Assembly (NCBI GenBank): GCA_951406725.2
Contig: OX597839.1
Location: 29,202,001 to 29,266,000 of the forward strand
DNA from: Octopus vulgaris
Taxonomy: Eukaryota
Direction: 5' to 3'
Length of the DNA: 64,000 nucleotides
Part shown: one piece after another, positions 12,620 through 25,338 of the stretch
Layout: the number at the start of each line of letters is the position of its first letter
How positions within the stretch are numbered: the first letter of the stretch is position 1
The notes under the pieces: model-generated
What the model was told of the DNA's origin: nothing
The model's input: the letters and a program-made list of their open reading frames with translations, nothing else
The model's database searches: none
Made by a program: the position numbers and the translations under genes

Positions 12620-12779
12620 GAAATCAGGATAGAGTGCCCAGGAGAACTGTTACAAAAGGTTTGCCTCCTTGGTAGGGCCAGAATAATCAGGAAAGTATCA
12701 GATAGTTGAACAGAACGGATAGCATGGTACTGTAGGCTGCAAGCAGCAAGACTCCAAGAGTTACAACAAAACTGGAGAT
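12620..12779 (+). mobile_element. 3' fragment of an R4/Dong-like (RLE endonuclease) non-LTR retrotransposon
   Basis: EIRIECPGELLQKVCLLGRARIIRKVSDS* matches the C-terminal LQKxxLLGTARIIRKVL helix typical of R4/Dong/NeSL ORFs, followed by a short 3' UTR. Confidence 0.75.
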
Positions 12780-13098
12780 CATCATCATCATCATCATCAT
12801 TGTTTAATGTCCGTTTTCCATGCTAGCATGGGTTGGACGATTGACTGAGGTCTGGCGAACCAGATGGCTGCACCAGGCTTCAATCTTGATCTGGCAGTGT
12901 TTCTGCAGCTGGATGCCGTTCCTAATGCCAACCACTCCGAGAGTGTAGTGGGTGCTTTTACGTGCCAGTCTGGTGGTACTGACAACGACCTCGCTTGAAT
13001 CCTTTACACATGCCACCAGCACGGGTGCCAGTAAGGCGATGCTGGTAACGATCACGTTTGAATGGTGTCTTTTACGTGCCACCGGCACGGAGGCCAGA
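12780..13098 (-). mobile_element. Family E retroposon 3' part (RTE-like tail ending in (GAT)n)
   Basis: (CAT)n-GTTTAATGTCCGTTTTCCATGCTAGCATGGGTTGGACG...GGATGCC..TCCTAATGCCAACCAC; more than 15 copies or fragments in the window. RTE affinity is inference. Confidence 0.75.
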
Positions 13099-13302
13099 TA
13101 AAAAGAATAAATAATAATAATAAGAAAATGACAGGATGGTCATGATTGGAACACCTTTTATTGTTGGCCATCTGGAGCAAGGTTGATCAAGAGTTAAGCA
13201 ACGAATAGCGCCAATTTTTCAAGATTTAACTGATACCCCTTTTCTAATGTAAAAACCCGCAATAATGCACCACAAAACACACACATACACATAAATATAC
13301 TA

Positions 13303-13600
13303 CTGTGATCGACCAGGCTATCAGATGTTGCTACACATCGCTGGTCACAATGCGCTTCGCATTATTTTAGCCTTCAAATGACGCCACCCCGCTGACTAAG
13401 CGAGTCGACCAACAGAAGAAAGAATGAGAGAAAGTTGTGGCAAAAGAGTACCACAGGGATCGCCAACACCCCTGGCTGGAGCCTCGTGGAGCTTTAGGTG
13501 TTTTCGCTCAATAAACACTCACAACGCCCGGTCTGGGAATCGAAACTGCAATCCTACGACTGCAAGTCCGCTGCCCTAACCACTGGACCATTGCGCCTCC
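13303..13600 (-). mobile_element. tRNA-derived SINE, family C, full length
   Basis: Minus strand A box TGGTCCAGTGG, B box GTTTCGATTCC; body shared with 4728-5009. Confidence 0.85.
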
Positions 13601-14539
13601 ACACATAAATATATATATATAAACAAAATAAATGCAACTGAAAGAAACGATAGCATCTACTAAAACAACAACCACAACAAAAAATCCAACAAATACTAAA
13701 ACAAACTGCCACCCCCACCACTATCACCACCACCACCGCTGACAGCTCCACCACCATTGTCATTACTGCTGTTGCCACTACCACTGCTACCACCACCACC
13801 ACCACCACCACCACCACTATCACCACTGCCATTGCCACCATCGCCGCTCTATCTCCAAACCTAAAGCTATTTAAACATTGATGTTAAATAATATTCTGTG
13901 ATAGTGAAATCTTGATAAAGCTTCTGACAGTTTTCACTAGAAAGTCCATTTACCATGAAAAGGAAATTGGGGCTGGGGGGTGGGGGTGGGGTGGAAAGAA
14001 GTGGGAGCGGGGTGGGGTTAGGGTATCATATTAGTTAGAGAGGAGTGTGGTGGTGTTGGTGGTGGTGGCGGTGGTGTTGCTGGAAAAGAAGGAGAAGCTA
14101 ATATAAACACCCTCACCTCTTCTTGCTATACACATATTTCCACATGCCTGCACATACATATACATATATGCATGTGCACACAACTGCATACACACAAACA
14201 CATATATACAGATATAGACACACACACACACAGCATCAAATATGTTGTAAGTTCAGAAAACAAAGAGATGGAAATGAGATGTGAAGTGGGGGGGGTGAAA
14301 GATAGAGATAAAGAGAAGAAAGAGGGGGGTGAGAGGGAGAGGAGGTCAGAGAAGGAAATGTAAGGGGGGTGCAGAGAAAGACACAAAGGAACCTGGTGGT
14401 ATCAAGAGAAAGGGAGAGTCAGAGAAGCTGAGCAGAGAGGGGGGAAGGAGAGAAAGAGAGAGAGGCCAAAGGAAACATGAGAGGGGGATCAGAGAAAGAA
14501 AGATAGAAAGAGGTGACAGAGAGACAAAGAAAACAGTAT

Positions 14540-14621
<82 letters not shown>

Positions 14622-15027
14622 TGAATTAGTTGGTTATTTCAAGAAAAGAAAATTAAATGTTTTCTTTTTTTCAAAAGAAAAATTCTCTGATTTATGATTT
14701 TTGCATAATTTTTTCACCTGTAAAACAAGAAGAAGCTGTTAAGGTCTGGGAGGAGGGTGGGAAAGCCAACCAGCTGACCAACCAACCAACCATTCATGCA
14801 ACCACTGGAGTGGAACTGTTAATGTTTGAGGTTAGCACGACTTGGCTCTTAGTTGTAGAAGAAAGACCATGTTGGAATGGAATGGGTGGGGGAGTAAGGA
14901 AAGGGTTGTAACATGCTGGTGGTGACTAGAAGCCCACACATGTAGCAATTGAGGTGAAGCTTACCATTCCATGGAGCTGGGCAAGGAGGCAACCATACTC
15001 TGCTACCAGGATGTTTTCCCTTATTAC

Positions 15028-15214
15028 TGACACAGGTTTTCTTTTGTACCATGTCTGGCCTATGCTGTGGTCCTTTGTCATCAGGCTCTCGAGATCAGCT
15101 GGAAGAGGAAGTCCAAGGTAAACATAGGGAGGAGAAATGACAGCTGATCTCAAGAGCCTAATGACAAAGGGTCACGGCATAGGCCAGACATGGTACAAAA
15201 GAAAACCTGTGTCA
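15028..15214. repeat. Foldback inverted repeat, 74-bp arms, 39-nt purine-rich loop
   Basis: 15028-15101 vs 15141-15214; 5 mismatches, all transitions. Confidence 0.92.
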
Positions 15215-15741
15215 CCCATGAAAAAGATAGAAGTATGATGATGATGATGATGTCAATGATGAATGATGACGATGCCTATGCAGAGTGAACAAGCAGTGCG
15301 TGTCTGTACAAGCAGATTGTCGAGGTGAGATAAGAGCTGTTGTTGTCTGAAATATTTAGTGAAAGGGGTGGGAGTAAGGTGGGGTGGGGGGCAGTCACCG
15401 GTAAACTGGCTCAGGGTGCTACAGCTGGGTGAGACAACTCACACAGAAATAGATTCGTGAATATATTATGATAAATAATACAGACAGCCTTGGTAACAAT
15501 GGCTGCTGACTTTTGAGTGGAGGAGGAAGCTTCATAAACACCATCAGCAGGATCTAATCTTCCTCCCGTCACACTCTACCATATTAATGGGAAAGGAAGG
15601 ACACATTGGACTATGTAGTCCTAGGTACACTATGGAATGGTTATGGCTGGAATGTCTTTGATCACGTCTGCTTGATTAGAGCTGACCTGAACTGGAGTCT
15701 GGAACAATAATGATTGCACAATATTTTGCAATAGCTTCACC

Positions 15742-15810
<69 letters not shown>

Positions 15811-17075
15811 GTTTCTGACTTAGGCAAAAGGGTAGTAATTTTGAGGTGAAGGTGTAACTGCAAAGATTTGGTTAATAAAACCTCGCAAACACCCAGCCAT
15901 CACATACACCCTGTGAAAGAGACCTTTGCATTTTAGTTTCCAGGTGCAGTTTCTGATAAGGAACTTCCAAATTAATGTTAATAAACCCAGACTTATTCAA
16001 TTAGTTTCAGATATGGAGTCAACTATTTTTATTCAATTCTGATTTGGTATTTAAAAGTTTACAAGTAACCCCTCCCCTGCCCCAACTAAATCTTGAAGTC
16101 AAAATATTACAAAGTAGGAACCAGACTGGCTGAGTCATTAGAACATCACACAGGATGCTTTGTGCTGTTTGCTTTAATCCTTTATGTTCTGAGTTCAAAT
16201 CCCACCAAAGTCAACTTTGCTGTTCATTTCCCTTATAGTCATAAACTGGGGCTGATGGTGTTGACTCAACCCTCCTCTCAAAACTGCTGAGTGCGTCTAA
16301 ATTAGAAACCATTATTAATTATTATTATTATCATTATCATTATTATTGTTATTATTATTATTGCACAGGTGAAGCACAAACAAAGCAGTGATGTGAAATA
16401 AACAGTTCAAATATGGATCAGTATTTCAACTTCTTTCACCCTCTTCAGTACCAGATACCAAGTAGGGCAACTCTGATCTGACTGGAAGTCATAGGATCTT
16501 TATAAGAGATCAGTAAATACTATTTACTTGTGTAGATAGTCAAGACGAAAGAGCACTGGACTAAAACAAGTATAGCTACAGTATTTAGTTATGTACTCTT
16601 AGGTCAAAAGTTCGAACCACACCAGAGGCAATGACTTTAAAAAACTCAGCACATTTCAATTGAATGCTCATTCTGATTTTGAAGGAAAGGTTAAAAAAAG
16701 ATTCATGTTCAGATGGCGGTGGGAGAGAAGGTGGTGCATACAAAATTAAGTAGAGGTGATATGTATGTGAGGGTGAGGGGTAGGAGTGAAGGAGTGGCTT
16801 AGACTTTGACACTGGGGGAGGGGAGCTTGAATATGAATCACAAATCAAGCTATAGAAAATATACAAAGGACAGGTTTTCTCTAGCCCCAAACCATCAACC
16901 AGTCTAGTCCAGCTTGAAACTCCTCTCCTGCCCAGCCCACCCCCGCCTAATGCTGCTGGGGTGAGATGTACTTATTTTCTTTTGCAGATGATCTGATTCA
17001 GCCTATGACAGTTCAGTGAATAAATTTTATATTATGGATTCTTTGGATTGAGAGGAAGGGAATGAGAGAGAGAAG

Positions 17076-17109
<34 letters not shown>

Positions 17110-18235
17110 AGAGAGAGAAAGAAAAGGAGAGAGAAAGAAGCAAGGTTTTCTTCTATCATTTAATGAAAGAAATCAATTACTTGCTTAGAAAGAGGCTTAT
17201 GTCCAAATAGTTGACACACTGATATACATACAAACAGGCACGTGCACACATGCAGACAGACACAGACATAGACGCACACACACATACACGCGGAGACAAA
17301 CACATGTAGACACACACGGAGACAAACACGTATAGACACACACATATGAATATGCTGATTTACCAAACACATAGAGAGAGATATAGATACAAACACATCT
17401 GTTCCTATGGCACGTGCACACTAACACTACCCCGACCCCAACACGCACACACACACACTTGTATAAATATATCTTCATAGATAAATCTGTACGGACGAGT
17501 GTATATGTGTGTGCATATATATATATACATATACATATATATGTGTATATAGTGAATCCAAACAAAGAAGAACAAACAAAAAAAATATATTCATATACGT
17601 GTGTGTGTGTGTGTATATATATATACACACACACATATATATATGTATGTATGCGTATCCCCTGTACACATAAAGATTGTAGTGTAGATATAGCTCGCCC
17701 ACGCACGTCTTGATACGATCAGTAGAAAAACAGAGAAGCAAAAAGTGGTAAAAAACATACAAAGGAACCAGCTGTATTGTTACTTGGCACAAAACCTTGT
17801 TGGTGTTATTTAGCCCCGAGTCATCCCTGAGAGAGAGAGAGAAATAGATAGAAGATCTGATCGATTATCAAAAGGTGTTGTAGCCGAGACCTTACTGTCT
17901 TTTACAGGGTATCTAAAATTATATTACTAAACATGGGTGCAGGTATGGCTGTGTGGTTGATAAATTCACTTTGCAGCCACACGGCTTTGGAATCAGTCCC
18001 ACTGTACGGCCACCTTGGGCAAGTGTCTTCTACAATAGGCCTGAATCAACCACTGCTTTGTGAGTAGTCAGTAACTGCATGGAAGCCCATCATGTATGTA
18101 TGTCTTTATGTATGTGTATGTGTATGTATATATATATATATATATAAATACATTTTAATGTAGAGTTATAATTAAAGACAATTTAACATGAAACTGAACA
18201 ATTACTCAACATGTTTTAGTAGAGAACATGTTTAT

Positions 18236-18271
<36 letters not shown>

Positions 18272-20059
18272 TCTGAGGAGGAGCTGGTCTTACTACTCTC
18301 AGCAGTGAATTGCACCACCCTATCACCTGTTCAAAGCTAGGTGGGTTGGGTCACTTATGAGTTGAAGGCCTTCATTCAGACACAATGAAATGCCAACAGG
18401 AGGATATGAACTGCTAACCTTTCAAGTTTCATTTAGTCGTTTGTTACTCTCTCGACTCGGTTACCTATTCCGCTCTAAATATCCAAACATGCAAGTCTCT
18501 TTATATAATCTCGGATGTCGGAAAGCTACATTCAATCCGCTAATCAAACGCCTTCAACAAGATGCTTAATAATAACATTTGAAAATGTCCAAGAGAAGAG
18601 AGAGAGTTATATAGTTAATACAATTAAATTGTCTTTAGATTTTCTTAGATTGTTCACCTCATCTGAGGCAATAAAAGTGCTGTCCTATTCACACCTACAC
18701 GCAGATGTGTAGATGTAAATAGTACCAAGACAGATATTATCTCTATAGGAGAGGTTAATAAACTCAAGCAAGTTACAACCACACCAACATAACAATTGTG
18801 ACAGGTGATCGTCGTAACTTCAGAGGTAAGCGTTTAATTGAACCAAGTCTGTGACCTGTGAAGGAGTGTGGAGTGGCCTACTGGTTAGGGCATTGCAGTT
18901 ATGATTACAAGATTGCAGTTTTGATTCCCAGACCAACAGTGCATTATGGGCTTGAGCAAGGCACTTCATTTCACATTGCTCCAGACTGTTAATGATCTCA
19001 GCCAAGTTACAATCATAATTGTGATAGGTGATTGCTATGACTTTAGGAGTAAGCTTTTAACTGAACCAAGTCCATGATTTGTGAAAGTGTGTGGCACAGT
19101 GGTTAGGGTGCTGCTCTCACAATAGCAATATTGTGGTTTCACTTCCTTGACCAGTGGTGCATCATATGCTTGAGAAAAACACTTCACTCCATCTCATGCT
19201 GATCTGGTTCACCCAGCAATAAGTGGGTAACTCTGCAAAAGACTGAGGTTGGCTCACCTGCCAAGCCAGTGGGGTGGAATCATTCAAAAGCCACAACAAT
19301 GAGGAAGTGGATTGTGACTAGGAGTGTAAGACCAGATCCAATGGTCTGATCAATACATCGAAGTCTGTGATATAGATTTCATTTTCAGGTTAAGCTGCTT
19401 CACTTCCATTGAGAAGGGCATGAAACCCCACCCCATCCCACTTCCCTACCACCAGTGGTCAAGGGAATGGTCAAGGGAACTGATCACCGATTTTTGTAGA
19501 GCTACAAAATGAAGTTGATTTTACTGTGAACAAGTAAAGAACTTTGATTTGGTGAATATTGAAAGGAAGCCACTGCAGCAGCTAAAATAAGAAGAACAGT
19601 GAAGAACTGCAAGAACCAAAGTAAAATCTGGTCGACTGGATTATAATATTTTAATATGATCCGCAAACTTATTTGTCCTTATTTATTTATTTATTTAAAC
19701 ATTTTTGGATAAAACTGGGAGTATGAAAGAGAAGATGAATTTATAATCAGATCTACGAGAGAATTAATAACTAAATGAATAATTAAAACAAAATATGGAA
19801 AAAAACAAAAAGATCATCATCATCATCACCACCATCACAATTATCAGCATTACCACCTCCATCATCATCATCATCATCAACATCACCATTATTATCATTA
19901 TTGTGAGTGCCCCCCCCCCCTCCGTATTTTTTTGTTTTTTGATTAGGAGTTTTAAAAAAGCTTAAACATGACAGGTATTTGGGGGAAGATATGTTGTTAA
20001 GCCTGACTTAGTCTACAATTTAACAACAACAACAACAACAGCAAGAACAAACAAACACT

Positions 20060-20540
20060 AATGAGAGATAATCCATTGGAAACCTGATTCAAGGATATCT
20101 AATGACCGAGTATTTATGTAATTACTTATACATGTGGGGAGAATTAATCTGGTTTGAGAAACTGCAGTTAATAAATAAATAATCTCACAAATCAGGGCGT
20201 GGTGGGATGGGCGAAGGGGATGAGGATGATGTAGAAGGAGGCAGGGTGGGTGGAAGAGGAGAGAGTGTGCTTGTGTTAATGGTTGTGGTGGCGGCGGTGG
20301 TGATGGAATTATTCGCTCGAATGAGCAACAGCCGATCGCACCATCGCTGTTACTGTGCAAAATCAGCCCCACCCCCCCATGCGCTCGCAAAAAAAAAAGA
20401 GACAATCGACACGGTGGCAGCAGTGCATGCTCATTCGCTCGCCTGATCGGTTAATTAAACCGTGTAAATGATTGGAAACGCAAACGAACGCAGCCTCATG
20501 TGTAACCGAAATGAAACAAACGGAAAACTGTTTCTTAAAC
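20060..20540. promoter_or_regulatory. CpG-rich unique island; candidate enhancer
   Basis: TAATCC, TAATTA, TTAATTAA and TGATTGG motifs with many CpGs. Confidence 0.35.
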
Positions 20541-21362
20541 AACAACCACCACATAAAAAAAAATATATATATATGTATATATATATATAATTGCTACTTT
20601 TATTATCATTATTATTATTATTGAGTGAAAGAGCAGTGCATGCCATCAAAGTTGTTGTTATTATTATTGTTATGACAGTTGAAAGTCATACATCCCACAC
20701 AATCAACTCTTTGGGAAAGAAGGAAAAAAAACCCAAACAAAACAAAAAAAAAATCAAGCAAATTTTTTGGTTGACTTCACAAGAATGCAATGTCTGAGAC
20801 AAAGAAATTTCTGGTAGAATAACTGGAAGAGTAGTAGTAGTATTTAAATGTGAAGTAGTTTGTGGTTGAACAGTTTCATAAACAAATTTGTAACAAACCC
20901 AGAGTAAGAACAACAGTCTTTGTTTTATGTCTGTGTTTTTTCTCCAGCATGGGTTAGACAACTACATGATATCATCAAGGCATTTGTTTTACAGCTGGAT
21001 GCTCTTCCTGTCACAAACACTTATCTGTTTTTCCAAGTAAGGGAATCTGGTTTTGTATTCCGCAAGTCTTTGAAGGCACAGAGCTAGCTTAGTAATTTTC
21101 CATATGAAGTACTGAATGTGAACGTTCACTGACATACATACATACACACACACATGGATATTGTATATATGCCTGTATCATCATCACCATTTAATGTCCG
21201 TTGTCCATGCTGTCATGGGCTGGACAAGTTGACCAGAGCTGGAAAGCTGCACCAGAATCCAGTCTGATTTGGTATGGTTTCTCTGGCTGGATGCCCTTCC
21301 TAATGCCAATCACTTTACAAAGTGTGCTGGGTGCTTTTATGCAGCACCGCATGGGATATGTA

Positions 21363-21394
<32 letters not shown>

Positions 21395-21415
21395 ATAGAT
21401 ATATATATATATATA

Positions 21416-21529
21416 AGTCATACGATATAGTGTATATTTAAACACATAACCTAGCTGTTCTTTCTAGCGTGTTGAATTCCCTACAAATGGATTCCTTATG
21501 TGTTTAAATATACACTATATTGTATGACT
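21416..21529. repeat. Foldback inverted repeat, 34-bp arms, 46-nt loop
   Basis: 21416-21449 vs 21496-21529; one mismatch. Confidence 0.9.
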
Positions 21530-21692
21530 AATATATAGTCTTCTTGACTATTTTTCTTTTTGCACGTTAGACCACTGGAAATGTAAATTTTGATTGAATG
21601 TTTTACTTTTAATTAAATTCCATTTCCCTTTGACATGATTATATTTATATATATATATACTTTATTTAAAGCAGCAGAAAATTCAACAAAAT

Positions 21693-21730
21693 CTGTTACT
21701 CTGAGTTTCTCGTTGCCGTTCATCAGACAG
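21693..21730 (-). ncRNA. Mirror copy of the same hammerhead motif (sense to the GRK pre-mRNA)
   Basis: Exact reverse complement of 21754-21791 within the perfect palindrome. Confidence 0.7.
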
Positions 21731-21753
21731 TTTTTGTTAGATTCTAACAAAAA

Positions 21754-21791
21754 CTGTCTGATGAACGGCAACGAGAAACTCAGAGTAACAG
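21754..21791 (+). ncRNA. Minimal type I hammerhead ribozyme motif (Penelope-type)
   Basis: CUGU-CUGAUGA-A CG GCAA CG A-GAAA-CUCAGAG-UA-ACAG: intact core, stem I CUGU/ACAG, near-palindromic stem III, GUA cleavage triplet. The stem II closing pair is A-A instead of R-Y. Confidence 0.7.
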
Positions 21792-22097
21792 ATTTTGTTG
21801 AATTTTCTGCTGCTTTAAATAAAGCATATTACTCTACCACTGGTATTTGAGTACTCTTTTTTCCACCTTGTTTCACATTTATGTGTTTACTCCGGTATAT
21901 ATATATATATATATATAAGCTACACAATAAGGCAACCTGAAAGAACTGCAGGTCAATGTAAAGAATTAGGAAGTTTTGGAAAGATCTGAGTGGAAGAAGT
22001 GTATAAAGGGAAGGTTGTAAAACTTTTGAAGAGGGTCACCTTGAGCATGAAAGCCTAAAGCGTGTGTATGGTGTGTAATGTGTGTGTATGACATGCT

Positions 22098-22420
22098 TTT
22101 TACTTGTTTCACTTACTGGGCTGTGGTCATGCTGGGGCATTGTCTTGAAGGGTTTTTGACAAACAATTTGACCTCAGTACTTATTTTTTTAGTCTGGTAC
22201 CTAATCTATCATTTTGTTATTTTTTTTGCCACCCTGCTAAATTATGGGGATGTAAACAAACCAACATTGGCTTTCAAGTGGTGGAGAGGACAAACAAACA
22301 CACACAAAAGATTTCCACACAGTTTCTACCAAATTCACTCAGGGCATTGGTTGTCCTGGAACTACATTAGGAAGCATTTGTCCCAGGTGCTGTACAGTGG
22401 GACTGAACCTAAAACCATGA
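22098..22420 (-). mobile_element. Family B SINE, diverged
   Basis: Degenerate match to family B. Confidence 0.7.
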
Positions 22421-22524
22421 CTTGCCAATCAAAACCATCAAAGATCCATTTAAAATTTCACTTAAAAAAAAACACTACTGTGCTGGACAATTTGGAGAAA
22501 ATAACAACCAAAAACAAATGAAAA

Positions 22525-22950
22525 GGAAATCAAAATAATTCATTGCAATTTAACTATGCGGTTATTTAGGAGTTCAATCAGTGCCGTAATGCTCTAACGA
22601 CTCTCGTTAATAATTTCTGACACCTCAAAAGCTACGCTCTTTATGAAGAGAAAGCAAAAATAATGACCGACAAAATTGAAAAGCTTGGACAAGCTCCGTG
22701 GATTCTTTACGACTGAACGACATTATCGCACGCAAGCAATCATAATATCTGATGGTTGCTGCAACTGGTTTAGTCACGCATTTCAAATTGCCAATAACGC
22801 TTCTGGTTTTTTTCTTTCCTTCTGTCGCTTAATGATAATTCAGGCACTGTAGGATTAATTAAGTAATGAAGATCAAACCTACAAGCTGACAACAGTCGTT
22901 AATTCATTAATTAAATTTGGTAATATTTAAACTGTGACAGAAGTGGACAA
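22525..22950. promoter_or_regulatory. Repeat-free island dense in homeodomain motifs; candidate enhancer
   Basis: Many TAAT/TAATTA, TTTATGA and TTTACGA motifs; CpGs retained. Confidence 0.35.
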
Positions 22951-23455
22951 ATTTGCTTCTTTATCTTCTAGGTAATGAACCCTTGATCAAACATGGCTAT
23001 GATTGAAGACATTCTAACCATGACCATCCTGTGATATGAAGTTCAAACCTAAAAGAATAAAATGACTGTGACAAGGTTTTGAACTTGCAACCCATAAGCA
23101 AACCCTAAAGTGAAGGTGTTTGATACCTGAGCCAGAGTGGTCCGTCTTTGTCTTTAGGAAAACTCTAAACAATTTTGGAAGACAACAAAAGATAAAACAA
23201 CAAAAGAAAACAAAACCAAGAAACAAACAAACAAAAAATCCAACAAAACCTATCCTCAACTGAAATCAGTCAAGTAAAGCACAAGAATCATATCTTAACG
23301 GTTGAATGGTTTTTCTTTTAGTTGCATTACTGATAATTCCTCAAAAGAATGGAATAAAAAATTAAGCAAACCATTAATAATGAACTCTTATAATAGGCAA
23401 AAGAAAAAAAAGAAAGCAACACACAAATACAGCAATAAATAGGTAGGAGGGTAGT

Positions 23456-23488
<33 letters not shown>

Positions 23489-23689
23489 ATTTACACATGC
23501 ACACACACACATGTAGATGCGTAGGTGGTGGTCTGGTTGTGTAGTTAGGAAGATTGCTTTGCAACAAGAAGGTTCTGGGTTCAGCCCCACAAGATGACAT
23601 ATTGGGCAAGTGCCTGTTACTATAGCCCCAGACCAAGCAATGTTTTGTGAGGGAATTTGGTAGACAGAAACTGTATGGAAGCCTGAATC

Positions 23690-23750
<61 letters not shown>

Positions 23751-23937
23751 TCATTGTGTTTGTCAAACAAGGCTGGCCCTTTGAAATACAGGTAACACTC
23801 ATTTTTGCCAGCTGAGTGGACTGGGGCACTGAAATAAGGTGTCTTGCTCAAGGACACAACACACTGCTGGCAATCTAACTCGCGACCCCACGAATACCCT
23901 AGCCACTAAACCATGCGGCTTCATGTGTGTGTATGTA

Positions 23938-23980
<43 letters not shown>

Positions 23981-23987
23981 TTTTCTC

Positions 23988-24376
23988 CCTTTTACTTGTT
24001 TCAGTCATTTGACTGCGGCCATGCTGGAGCACCACCTTTAGTCGAGCAAATCGACCCCAGGACTTATTCTTTGTAATCCCAGTACTTATTCTATCAGTCT
24101 CTTTTGCTGAACCGCTAAGTGACAGGGACGTAAATACACCAGCATCGGTTGTCAAGCAATGCTAGGGGGAAAAACACAGACACACAAACACACATATATA
24201 TATACATATATACGACAGGCTTCTTTCAGTTTCCGTCTACCAAATCCACTCACAAGGCATTGGTCGGCCTGGGGCTATAGCAGAAGACACTTGCCCAAGA
24301 TGCAACGCAGTGGGACTGAACCTGGAACCATGTGGTTGGTTAGCAAGCTACTTACTACACAGCCACTCTTGCGCCT
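23988..24376 (-). mobile_element. Family B SINE (tRNA head, CORE-like ACCTTGGGCAAGT motif, internal TA/TG microsatellite)
   Basis: Full-length copy; about 20 copies or fragments occur in the window. Confidence 0.85.
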
Positions 24377-24823
24377 ATATGTATATATGCATACACACAC
24401 ACACACACACATACATATACACATATATATATTCTTGCCACTAAGATTTTCTGTCCGCCTTTCTAAACACAATAACGAGGGCACAACAAACTTTACTAAA
24501 TCACAAGTTTGACATAAAAAAAAAACCGAAGAAGTTATTATCCCACTTGTACATATTTCACATTATAACACACCAAATACAAACATGGACACTACTTCAT
24601 TTTTCGCTTGATTGTTGAGTTATAACCATTTCTCCCTACACATGTTTAAACATTCTGGCTGTTTGGAACTCTGAACTTGATGCTCCAAATGTAATTGCAT
24701 CTTTAACTACAATGGAAACAGCATTTTATTGTATTGTGTTACAGTAATCAGAATACAACAAAATGTTCCTCGGATGATCCAATGTGGCTAAGCATCCAAT
24801 TTCACTTGATCTATATATATATA

Positions 24824-25338
24824 GGCCCAGGAGTGGTTGTGTGGTAAGAAGCCTGCCACAGGTGGTGAGCTGGCAGAACCGTTAGCACGCCAGTCGAAGT
24901 GCTTAGCAGTATTTCATCTGTCGTTACGTTCTGAGTTCAAATTCCGCTGAGGTCAACTTTGCCTTTCATCCTTTTGGGGTCAATAAATTAAGTACCAGTT
25001 ATACACTGGCTTCGATGTAATCGACTTAATCCCTTCGGCTGTCCTTGTTTGTCCCCTCTATGTTTAGCCCCTTGTGGGCAATAAAGAAATAAGAAGCTTA
25101 CTTTTCCAACTACACGGCTTCGAGTTCAGTCCCACTGTGCGACACTTTGTACAAGTGTCTTCCACTATAGCCTCGAACCGACCAAAGCCTCGTGAGTGGA
25201 TTTGGTAGACAGAAACTGAAAGAAGCTGTCGATAGAATAAATACTAGGCTTACAAAGAATAAGTCCTGGGGTCGATTTTCTCAACTAAAGGCGGTGCTCC
25301 AGCATGGCCGCAGTCAAATGACTGAAACAAGTAAAAGA

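Larger units (their letters stand above)
21660..21824. repeat. Perfect palindrome, 82-bp arms, 1-nt centre (21742)
   Basis: Base-by-base reverse complementarity. The right arm continues about 70 nt to 21895; the whole unit sits between (TA)n tracts. Confidence 0.95.

Noticed and set aside
13968-14023. G-quadruplex-capable G runs
   Set aside because: Such runs are frequent throughout the window; nothing specific here.
14640-14717. Possible GRK exon 4 starting VKKL after the strong acceptor
   Set aside because: Similarity stops after 3 residues and a stop codon occurs before any donor.
22951-22977. Polypyrimidine-TAG|GTAATG, a recursive-splice-like site on the + strand
   Set aside because: Wrong strand relative to the GRK gene.
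24570-24700. Possible Penelope GIY-YIG C-terminal remnant on the minus strand (YIWSIK...REKW...NEVVS)
   Set aside because: Needs two frameshifts and a stop; too weak to call.
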